Shown piece after piece: positions 53,294-64,000 of a stretch of 64,000 nucleotides of DNA; position 1 is the first letter of the stretch, and each line of letters begins with the position of its first letter. A model generated the notes under the pieces. The model worked only from the letters and a program-made list of their open reading frames with translations, was not told where the DNA came from and searched no databases. Position numbers and translations under genes: made by a program. Source of the stretch: Octopus vulgaris (taxonomy: Eukaryota); NCBI GenBank assembly GCA_951406725.2, contig OX597815.1, positions 25,048,001 to 25,112,000 of the forward strand, given 5' to 3'.

Positions 53294-55563
53294 CAGCATC
53301 AGTGGCATTTTTCAAGAGAATAAAGGTCGTTATAATTAACTGGCTTGATTCTATTTTAAAACTTGCACTTCTTTTTCTGATCCTGGATGGACAAAAAAAA
53401 AAGATTGACCCTGTGATATTTGAAATTAGAAAAGTGAGGTGCTTAACTAAAAATGGTAAATCTCTCAGTGTAACTCAATACATTAATTGAAGCAGTAAAT
53501 TATAATCAATACTGTTTGTTTGTAACTTATTCATTCCGTAATTAACTTGAAATGGACAGAATATAATCTGTTTCTTCATTACCCACAAGGGGCTATACAT
53601 AGAGGGGACAAACAGGGATAGACAAACGGATTAAGTCGATTACATCGACCCCAGTACATAACTGGTACTTAATTTATCAACCCCGAAAAGATGAAAGGCA
53701 AAGTCGACCTCGGTGGAATTTGAACTCAGAATGTAGCGACGGGCAAAATACTATGAAGCACTTCGCCCGGCGTGCTAACGTCTCTGCCAGCTCGCCACCT
53801 TTAATCAATATATAATCAATATATGGTAGGGGTCACAGTGTAATATCTGTTCTAAACCAGGATTATTATTGGTTCTATATAGTTAATTGTACAACTTTTC
53901 AAGACTGCATATCATTATTCATTTTAATCTACTTGCCGCTAAGAATATTTTAATTTGAGCCCTTGGACAGGTCATCATAATCAACGCTTACTCAGTCCTT
54001 ACCTTACAAGAGGATCCTGAGGACCCTATCTTGCTTATATATTCCATGAATATCACACTTGCATGTGTATATCAGCAAAAGATGTAAACATCAAAAAAAA
54101 AAAAAAATCAAAAGGCTGATGCATGTCAATTGAAATCCCATGTGACATTTTTCTGCTCCAAATTGTTACTCACAGCTTGAAATACAGTGAACCAGTGTTT
54201 GGCTCATTGGAAACCTATAACCACCTGTACTAATGTTCACTAATTGTGAAAGAAAGAAAAATAAATAGCACTTTGAAACTGGGAGATGTTGATATAATTT
54301 GTGTGATTCTATCTAAAACTTCTGAACTTAACATTTTATTGTTCAAAATGGATCAAAGATGGATTTACATTTTCATTAACATGTGTGTTAGAAGTAATGA
54401 GTTGCTGGCATTATATATATATTAATGTTTCTTTTTACTGATACCACCTTGAATTGTCTGCACTAATTACTTTCCTCACCTATTTATATTCTTCAGTGAT
54501 CTTCCAAATCCCCAAAACAATTTCTCATCTCTAAATTGTCAATTCTTGCTTACTTGGTACAATCACTTCCTCTCTTCTCGTCACCCTTACTCTGCTTTAC
54601 TCCTCAATCCCTCACTAAGCACTTATCTCAATCAACTCATTTCCCTCTATAAGTACAGCTTCTGAAGCCCCTTTCAGCTCATGTTTTCCATGCAGTTACT
54701 TTTAAAGGTTGTACAATATTTTGAGCTCTTATCTCTTCACCAAATACTAATGTCATTGTTTCTAGTGAAGATATTCACATGAAAGAACATTTTAACATGG
54801 CCTTCAAAGATCATGGCATTGTTTCTTCATCCAAAATTTAAAGAATTGATTTCATTCTTTTAACCATCAAATAGTGAAGAGCCTCAACCTACTAGAAGTA
54901 GTAGTCAAATCCCCCTTAAATCACACACTCTCATTTTAAAAGCACATATGGGACAATGTAGTCACAAAAAGCTTGGATAATCATGACTGAACACTTCCAA
55001 TCATAAAACCTCATTCAAAGTTGACTTGGAATAAAAAGCAACTCCTTGCATCTGTTATCTGCAGAACTCTGATGGTTTTATCAAAATATAAGACAGTTTT
55101 CACTCTAAAATAGTGGTAAAATTACCAAAAAATATGAGAGATAATTCTGTATTTTCTTGTTATCCATAGAGCATTTTGCTGAAACCACTCAAATGCTTTC
55201 TCAAGGAAAACATGGTTTAATTTTTTTTTCACTCAATCTAAGAATGAAGTTTACTCTATCAAAAAATTTTTTTTTCCCTTTTCTTGTACACAGAGTTGGC
55301 AATAGAACAAATTGGGATAATTTAATCAAAACTTCAACATCACACCTTATTTCCAGTACTTAAGGTTTATGCTGCTAATTAAAACACATCAACATACCTG
55401 ATTTAAGAATCAATATTCATATTATTTCAAGCTTGTTTTAAATCATTTGACTTTAGAATTAGCTTTTTTTTTTTTTTATTAATTAAATTCGATTATGTTT
55501 AATCAATAATTTACAAAAAGGTTTCATAGTGCATATTTCCAAATTTTTCTTGTTCTTTTTCAG

Positions 55564-55737
55564 GCTGAAAAGGTCACTGTCCACTATCCTATAGAATTTG
55601 CACTTCAAGTGACTACAGAGAAACCTAACTCAACTTTAAAAACACCACAACCTGAAGTAACTACAACCAGTGGAGGTTCAAATTTGATCATTGAAATTTC
55701 TTTAGGGCTTCTCTGCATGGCTTTATTACTCCTTTAA
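55564..55737 (+). CDS. DNase I-like gene, terminal exon F (AEKVTVHYPIEFALQ + S/T/P stalk + GPI-signal-like tail SGGSNLIIEISLGLLCMALLLL*)
   Basis: Acceptor ttctttttcAG (55562-55563), stop TAA 55735-55737. VTVHYPIE aligns to DNase I ISDHYPVE (H252). The protein ends in a hydrophobic segment with no cytoplasmic tail. Confidence 0.9.
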   Translation, partial: AEKVTVHYPIEFALQVTTEKPNSTLKTPQPEVTTTSGGSNLIIEISLGLLCMALLLL

Positions 55738-55771
55738 AGCTAGTCACACTCAATGAAGCATATTTCTACAC

Positions 55772-55900
55772 AATAAAGATTTTTTTCTGTAATTTAAACT
55801 AAAACAAAATGTGAATTTGTATTCTGTTGAAGAAAGTGCTTTTTTCTTTTTCATTTTCCTTTAACATAATTGTTTGAAAAATGTTATATTTTGTAATAAA
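55772..55900 (+). terminator. Candidate polyadenylation signals of the DNase I-like gene
   Basis: AATAAA at 55772-55777 and 55895-55900, shortly after the stop codon. The background is AT-rich, so these are not diagnostic. Confidence 0.4.
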
Positions 55901-58302
55901 ATATCAGTTCTGTATTATTTAATCTCATCTAAAACATATTGTGAATGTCTTTCTTCATAATAAAGGAGGAAATGAATTTTAGGGAAAATACTAAAAGTTA
56001 AATAATTTAAACAAGACATGAAACAATTTCTAGTTTAATCTGCTTCCAAGGCTTAAAATTGCTTAGACTTATATCTACACTTGCTTGTAAGATTACAGCC
56101 ACAAGCACTAGAGGGAAATAAAAGATGTAAATGTCAGTTCGTAAATAAATCACATTCTAACTTTCTAATTGCAAAGGAAAGGCATTCATAAGATGGTTGT
56201 GGAAAACATCAAAGAGTAAACATAAGGTCACTTTTGCAGTAATAAGATTACTGTGTTAAATATTTTCAAGGTTACAAATGTCACAAATAAATGTCCAGGA
56301 AGCAAGCTTTTAAAGCGTTTCCAAAACATACATACTGAGTTTGATAATCTCATTGAAATACAGACCAAAGTTGTGATGAAATGAAAATAAACTGACAAAA
56401 ACTAACCTTTAAAATGTTTTTAAAAATATAATTCAAAGTAAAATCACAGACTTGATGAATAATCCACTCCCTTCTTTTCATTACTGCCGACAAAATTTAC
56501 ATTTTTAAATAGCAAAATTTGTCTTCACTACATTTTTCTCAAAATTCCTTAGCTTATTTCTGTTCTAGGCATCCTTTACCATCAGCTTATACCATTTCAA
56601 TATCTATTTTCATGTCTACATTTTCTGTTTGCTACAAATAAGTAACATTTTTGCTGTTTTATACTCATTCGACATTAGCATGGATAGAATGATTTTGCAA
56701 TATTTCCAGTATATTGAAGCAATTCTTTATACAAATGGATGCTCTTCTGCTGCTACCTACACAACTACAAAGAATGGGGTTTGTCAGCCAGGTATGTTGA
56801 AGCAACCAAGATTGCAGATAATGGTTATAGTAGAGGTTGACCACATGATCATATATAGTCTTAATTTTTATCAAATGTACCATCATATTTAGATGTCTTT
56901 TATTTACACTTTCTTTCTTGCAAAAGTGTTTTTTTCTACTTAATTGTGCAAATTTTACTTTCAGAAAATCACATTAGATTTGCAAAAATCTTACAATTTC
57001 AAATTCATCGCCACCCTCTTAATATTTCTTTCACTTTCCATCTTTTTACCAACTTTTCATGTTTTCCCCAGCACTATTCACATTTCACTGTCTCAATAAC
57101 TAACATCTCACTGCCAATACTTTTTAACTACACCATGTTTCCTTCACTTTTACTGTTCACACACATCACTCCCCTTAATTAAATTGCATATCATGCTAAA
57201 GAATCATAACTTGAAGACATAGATATCATTTTGAATAACTTGATACAAAGAAAACTCAATAATTATATAGTTTTCTTTAATCCTCTCAATTAACATTTAT
57301 TGAAATAAGATTAATTTTGTGTAAGAATATACATTTAGTCTTGCTCTAAAACAATGTTGAGAAACCGTGCATCCTGTGTTGAAATTTCAGTTTTCTTGAG
57401 TTGCATTCAGCCTCCCATATGTTCCTTAGTTCAGTGTGAACATCTGAATTATCATCCAGGGGTAAAGATTTGACAAGAAGAGCACAACAAAAAAAAATAA
57501 TAAATTTCATATAAGACATATATTTAGTTCATCACTAAAGTAATTTTGTGCTTTAAGAAAATATTTTCTTACGTTTCAATAACTGTCAAGTGTTTGTTTA
57601 AATGATAGTGTATAATAGTTTAAAAAGTGAAGATAATATAAGACAGAAATACAGTATAACTAGCACATACTGAGTATATACTGTTTGGAAATTCCCATCC
57701 ATCATACTTTACACAAAAGCTAAGTAGCTGGGTAGATAAGGTACTAGACAACCTGTTCATTTAGCTATCAGGACTAGGTACGAGATTATCAAGGATAGCA
57801 TCTAAAATTAGTATCATATCAAAGAAAACATTTATCGCTCCTTTACTTCACATCAAGTGAGCTAAACACCAGAGTCTGAGGAGATATAGAAATATATTAT
57901 CTGTAGCAATACCAGTGACAGAATTAGTTTATTGTATGAAAAAATTTCTACTAACAAACAATATTTCAATTGCTAATATAAAAAGCAAAAAACTTGAACC
58001 TGACATAAGAAAACTCTCCATATTCAAAATTTTTTTGTTAAAATGTGTTGTTAATCCTGTTCTACTTATTTCTAAACATCTTTGTGCATGAATGTAGCAG
58101 TTCTTATAAGTTACTTATTTATAACAATTTCTGTTACACACAAAAAAACTATACGGAAATAGAATTGAAAAAAAAAAAATAGTACTTCTACCAAAACAGA
58201 AAACCATGTAAAATTTGGTTTGAATGGAATAAAAATATTAGAGAAAATAAAAAGATCTTTGTTTTGTTTCTAGACTTCTGTTTTTTCAGGTGTTACACTG
58301 AT

Positions 58303-58735
58303 GGTGGCGAGCTGGCAGAAATGCGTAGCCGTATTTCGTCTGCCATTACATTCTGAGTTCAAATTCCGCTGAGGTTGACTTTGCTTTTAATCTTTTCAGG
58401 GTCGATTAATTAAGTACCAGTTATGCATTAGGGTTGATGTAATCGACTTAATCCATTTGTGTGTCCTTGTTTGTCCCCTCTATGTTTAGCCCCCTGTGGG
58501 CAATAAAAAAATAAGCAATGTTAGCACGCCGGGCGAAATGCGTAGCTGTATTTCATCTGCCGTTACGTTCTGAGTTCAAATTCCGCCGAGGTCGACTTTG
58601 CCTTTCATCCTTTCGAGGTCAATAAATTAAGTACCAGGTATGCACTGGGGTCGATATAATCGACTTAATCCATTTGTCTGTCCTTGTTTGTCCCCTCTGC
58701 GTTTAGTCTCTTATGGTAGTAAAGAAATAGGTATT
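58303..58735 (+). mobile_element. SINE family A dimer (other single copies: 38706-38935 minus, 53570-53800 minus)
   Basis: Family A head and core, twice. Confidence 0.85.
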
Positions 58736-59989
58736 ACATTGATTTTTGCAGACTACCAAAACAGAAAGCTTTGAAACAACATTAAAATAAATGTTTTTAC
58801 ACATACAGATTTGTAAGTTTTACCAAAAAGCACAAGATAGCTGCCACTATGATTAAACAAATGACCCCCCACATGAAAAGGTCAATAATCTTTGTTCTGC
58901 ATATTTAGAATTTTTACATTTAAAGAGTTAACTATCCAACCTTGGTAGACGATTAATAATGCTTTACCTAAGACACAGAAGGATGTGGGGGAAGAGGCTC
59001 TACATAGTCACTCAATGTTAGAAATAGCAGCCATCTCTTCTTCAAGTCACATCCTACTGTCTTAAAAAAAGAAAGGACACTATTTAATCTGACATAGACA
59101 TGAAATGTCTGATACAAAAAAAAAAAAAATGGCCACAATTGGAAGTGTTTCCTCAAATTTGACTTGCAACTAAACACAATGTGGTTCAATCCAATGAGAA
59201 AGTCTATATAGTCGCCATGATAGATCATTAGCCACTACACACATTTTTTTCTCTCCTTGTTTTTTCTGTGTCCCTTTCTGTAGAAGAGCGTAGGCTCAAA
59301 ATGTAAAAGACTTTTTCTATTCCAGAGCATTATACTAATACGTTTGTTTTGTACACCACCTGTCTTTGTCTTTTGTTTTTTTTTCGTAAACTCTCCCTAT
59401 GTAGTCATACAACCTGCTAAACATAGCAGTCAAATCTCCTTCACATAATGCCCTGTCATCTTTAAAAAAAAAAGACTGAATAGTGTAGTTCAGGGTACAC
59501 TATGCTAAGAAAAACAAGACAGGATGGTCACAACAGGAATGATTTTGATCACAGATCTACTTCATCTGGCCTGGAAAGAATATGAGGTAGCTAGAAAAGA
59601 AGCTGGATACCAGGTACATCTACAAGGAGAGATGCTGAAAGAGGTTTGCCAGTGTATGGCCATGTGACACAGGGTAATGAAGAGTTCTGAATTGTGAAAC
59701 AGTGTGAGTCAAGATGCAGCCAGTGATGAGAGAGTAGTGCACTTGCAGTCACTGATATTGAGAAGCAGCATGTATCGGAGAGAAACAGGCTGCCTCAAGT
59801 AGGGATCAGCTGTTAAAGTTGATTAGTAGAGTTGACAAAGCCATTAGGGATATAAAGACAGGAAAAGCAACATGACTAACGGGTAGTCAGTGAGAGTTTG
59901 AAAATTTGTTTAAGTAGAATACATGCAAATCACTTTCATAGTCACTCAAGTCATGTAAGGAAAAATGATATCCCCAATGACTGATGTAA

Positions 59990-61560
59990 CAGAAATACTG
60001 TCAAGAGCAGAAGATATACTTTAGTACAAAAAGCAATTAAAGAAGTACCAAAGTGATGAGAGTGATAGAGAAAATTAAAGCACAGCTTATCAGGGTGAGA
60101 ATTAACTTAGAGACGCAGTTTGGATTTGTGCCAGGATGATGAATTATCAATGCGTCTTTTTAGGAAGACAACTACAGGAAAAGTTCTTAGCCAAGAGCAA
60201 ACCACTATACTTACCATTCACTAAACTGGAGAAGGTCTTTGGCAGGGTACCATGCTCCTAGTCTAACAGTCACTATGGAAACCAAGTGTAGATGAATGTT
60301 GGGTGAGTGCTATGCTAATCATGTACAGAGGTACTATCAGCAAAGTAATAGTTTAACAAATTCAGTGAAGAATTTATCATGCAAGTAGGTGTCCATCAGT
60401 GGTCAATTTACAGCACCCCCTGTTTATTGTCAAAGAGTTCAAGACTAGCTTAGTTCTCACAGCTGAATCAGCCAAAGAATAAGATGTACAGTAAAGGAGT
60501 TAGAGAGAACTCTATACTGTAAAAATATGAATGTATGAAAGGTACAGGGGGATCTCATGTAGGTTGACAGAAATGAATAGCTACAGATCATCATCATCAT
60601 TTAGCGTCCACTTTCCATGCTGGCATGGGTTGGACGGTGCAACTGGGGTCTGGGAAACCAGAAGGCTGCACCAGGCCCAGTCTGATCTGGCAATGTTTCT
60701 ACAGCTGGATGCCCTTCCTAACGCCAACCACTTCATGAGTGTAGTGGGTGCTTTTTACGTGCCAGACGAGGCTGGCAAACGGCCACGGTCGGATGGTGCT
60801 TTTTACATGCCACAGGCACAAAAGCCAGTCGGGACGTCGCTGGCACGGCCACGTTCGGATGGTTCTCTTATATGCCACCGGCACTGGTATCACAGCTACA
60901 ATTTCCATTGATGTTGATCGATTTAGCTTTTGATTTCACTTGCCTCAACAGGTCTTCACAAGTAGGGTTTTGTGTCTGAGTAGGGTTTTGTGTAAAGATA
61001 TAAAAACAAGAGTTGTTAGAAGGCTGGCTAGAAGTAGTTAACAGCTTCTGATACCTAGGTGATCAAATCAGCAGTGGGGTTGCGTATTGTAAAAGCATAA
61101 TAGCCATATTTAGGGATGGCAAGAAGTTGAGAAATCTATTACCTCTGTTGGCAACAAAGAGGTTTCTCTCTGCAAGCAAAAGGTAGATTATATGGTGCTT
61201 ATGCAAAGTGTTATTCAGCACAATAGCAAGGCAGGCATTGAATGCGAAGAGTATGAAAAAGCTGGAAAGAAATGAAGCATGTATGCTCCAATGAATATGT
61301 AATACCATGCATGAAAGATGGTGCAAGTAAGTGAGCTGGAAGAAAACATGGGCAATAGAAGATTCAGAAGCAATGTTCAAGAAAGAGGACTGTACCAGTA
61401 CAGATAATTGATGCATACAAAAGAAAACAGTTGGGTACATAAGTAGTCCTTGTGGAGGACACCTGCAGTGGGGAAGACATAAGGAAGGTTGATCTTAAGA
61501 TGCTGAACCTTACACCTTACAAAAGAAATGATAATTGATCACATTTAGACTGCTTTTACC
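59990..61560 (+). mobile_element. Highly decayed RTE-clade LINE (RT region), interrupted by a SINE at about 60590-60900
   Basis: ETQFGFVPG...RQLQEKFLAKSKPLYL...LEKVFGRVP and VGVHQ resemble RTE RT motifs QFGF, DLEKAFDRVP and GVHQG. Many stops. Confidence 0.7.
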
Positions 61561-62204
61561 ATATGTCAGCATGGTAAAATGAATAAAATACCAGTGTGCC
61601 GGTGGACCATCCGATCGTGGCCGTTGCCAGCCTCATCTGGCCTCCGTGCCGGTGGCACGTAAGAAGCACCATCCGATCGTGGCCATTTGCCAGCCTCATC
61701 TGGCACGTAAAAAGTACCCACTACACTCTCGGAGTGGTTGGAGTTAGGAAGGGCATCCAGCCATAGAAACATTGCCAAATCAGACTGGGCCTGGTGCAGC
61801 CTTCTGGCTTCCCAGACCCCAGTTCAACTGTCCAACCCATGCTAGCATGGAAAGCGGATGCTAAACGATGATGATGATGTGCATAACATTTATAATGTTA
61901 TACAAATGTGGAATGGCACTAGCTGTAATATTTTGTCTCAGAGAAACTTGTTAAAAAACACAAGGCTTTGCTGAGAATGCCAACGGATTGCCAGTAAATG
62001 TTTCAACCTGACTTAGTCTTCTCAGTGATAAATACTCTGATAATATGATCCAATCTGAAAATGCTTGTTCCAATATAGAAATATTCATTGATTTGTGAGA
62101 ATGTAAAAACGATGATGAAGTGGGCGAGATAGCATTGAATTCCACATAAATATTACACCAATAAATACTGTGAAAAAAAAGAGACAAACAATAACTTTTG
62201 TGAT

Positions 62205-62210
62205 TTTATT
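62205..62210 (-). terminator. Candidate SAP18 polyadenylation signal
   Basis: AATAAA on the minus strand about 80 nt after the SAP18 stop. Confidence 0.4.
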
Positions 62211-62291
62211 GTGAAACCAATAAATGATGAGATTTGGATTAAATGAGCTATCAAAAGAAACATATACATGTAAACAATGTTTTGATCAGTA

Positions 62292-62574
62292 CTAGTAGGG
62301 TCTTCCTCTTCGTGAGATGGGCAATGGTCCTGAGCGTGGAGGAGTTATTGCTATATCCAGATAGTCACCGATTGTGAATTTTTTACTAGCCAAAGTAACA
62401 TTATCATCTGCACCACGGTGGCCAGAACGTGTGGAGCCAATATCTTGTAAACGATACACCTGTTGTCTTAAGTCAGGATAAACCATAGCAAAATCAAAGT
62501 ATGTCCCCTTTCTGCGTGCATCTAAGTTCACCTCCTTCACTAATCCAGTAAGTTCCTTCAATGTGGCATCCATC
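62292..62574 (-). CDS. SAP18: Histone deacetylase complex subunit SAP18, last coding exon
   Basis: MDATLKELTGLVKEVNLDARRKGTYFDFAMVYPD...TLASKKFTIGDYLDIAITPP...RRGRPY* is the SAP18 C-terminal half. Minus-strand acceptor ctctttactgacAG|G (62576-62575) supplies the last base of the Trp codon in the conserved TWMDATL motif. Upstream exons were not found in the window. Confidence 0.95.
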
Positions 62575-62736
62575 CTGTCAGTAAAGAGAGATAAAAAAAT
62601 CATTCAGACAAAAGTTCAGTGCTTTTGACAGAAATGAAAACTAATGTAAATCAGTTTTGTATCAATATGATATAACACGACATGCACATATATGATGATG
62701 AGGATGTATTTTTATTAGAAATGTATGTGTGAGTGG

Positions 62737-62770
<34 letters not shown>

Positions 62771-63622
62771 TTTATTGATATTTAGCAGAAGCAACAGAGT
62801 GAGCCAAGGTCTGAGAGCTTCATGCATTGGCACTTATCAAACTAGATACAGGTTGCAGAATTGTGAGTGTACATAGTTGGTGAAAGTTACATTTTCTTCT
62901 GGATTGATCTAGATCAAATTTTAAAGCATAATGTCACATGGATAATTCATGTTTTTCGAACAGTTTGCCTGTTATGCCATTTAATAAGTATGAAAGATTT
63001 TAAGCAGTAGTCAGGGAAAAAAAACAATTTGATTCATATTCTACAAATTCAATTTATAATTGGGAACAAGTGAATATCTAGATTTCTAAACTTAAGTTCT
63101 AATGAATTTACTGTTGTTGTTAAGTAAATTCCTGTGATAGAGCTTTGATGTTTAGAAATTTGCCCTTCTTTATATGAATACAGACATATTCATATATGAC
63201 AAACATATATATATATATATATATATATATACAGTAATACTTTATTTTTTTCATTTGTTTTTATGTTGGTGACATGTAAAATGCACCATTTGAGAATTGG
63301 GCCTCACAGAGGCAGTGACAGGTGACTGAGACCTTTGGCGATATACCGTGCTTATGAAGACCTGTCAAACCAAGTGAGATCAGAGTTGTGGCCGATGCCA
63401 GTGTCACATCAGTGGTACCTGTGCTGGTGGCACACAAAAACACCCACTACACTCTTGGAGTAGTTGGCATTAGGAAGGGCATCCATGCCAAATCAGATTG
63501 GAACCTGGTGCAGCTCCCTGGCTTACCAGTTTTCAGTCGAACCGTCCAACCCATGCCAGCATGGAAAACAAACGTATGATAATGATGGTGATGTCATTTT
63601 TGTATGCTAGTAAGGGTTACAT

Positions 63623-63931
63623 CAGAGGTTCTCAAAATTTTGGGGCCACCCCATTAATGGCCATATAATACCCTCAGTGCCCCCACCCCTATTTTTATGC
63701 ATAAATAAATATTTTATATTTTACTAATTTATATATACAATGAATCATTTGATATTTAATATATTATATAATTTGTACACAATACTATGATATTATAAAT
63801 TCGTAGTGTCCCCCCAATCCACTGCCTTCCTCCCAATGCCTCCTTTTTCTCTATTCCCCCCTGCCGCAGCACCACTCCCTTAGACACTAGCACAAACCAG
63901 GGGGTAGTAGTGCCCACTTTGGGAATCTATG
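63623..63931. mobile_element. hAT (Charlie-like) MITE in a SAP18 intron
   Basis: Perfect 8-bp TSD GGTTACAT (63615-63622 and 63932-63939). Imperfect TIRs CAGAGGTTCTCAAA and TTTGGGAATCTATG. Confidence 0.85.
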
Positions 63932-64000
63932 GGTTACATGAATATATAATGTAGCACTATTTTAAATTCAGATGCTCTTCTTGAAACTAACCCATACCTG

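Noticed and set aside
53002-53490. 162-aa plus-strand ORF
   Set aside because: Antisense of a CR1-like LINE 3' fragment; no splice link to the DNase-like gene.
62575-62603. N-terminal MIFLSLFTDR of the SAP18 track ORF
   Set aside because: It is the intronic polypyrimidine tract and acceptor; the exon begins at 62574.

Overview
AT-rich, intron-dominated animal genomic DNA, very dense in microsatellites and tRNA-derived SINEs. The repeat landscape looks like Octopus (coleoid cephalopod); this is an inference from recognised SINE sequences. Almost all ORFs in the supplied track are microsatellite or repeat artefacts. Two real host genes emerge by manual splicing. (1) A + strand DNase I-family gene has six GT-AG exons spanning 8213-55737 (265 aa in the window; the first coding exon was not found and is probably upstream). 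Its frame is intact and it keeps both catalytic histidines, but three active-site carboxylates are replaced (E39Q, D168T, D251V, bovine numbering). It ends in an S/T/P stalk plus a GPI-anchor-like signal, so it is a candidate cell-surface pseudo-nuclease. (2) The last coding exon of SAP18 lies on the - strand (62292-62574), tail-to-tail with the first gene. The introns hold Helitrons (one helicase remnant, two complete non-autonomous copies), mariner, Tigger, hAT and piggyBac-type elements, R4/Dong, CRE, CR1 and RTE LINE remnants, Penelope-like remnants with minimal hammerhead-ribozyme motifs (one behind a tRNA-like Pol III head), multimeric SINEs and several long palindromes. CpG density appears to drop after about 37 kb. 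All alignments were done by eye from memory of the families; no database search was run.
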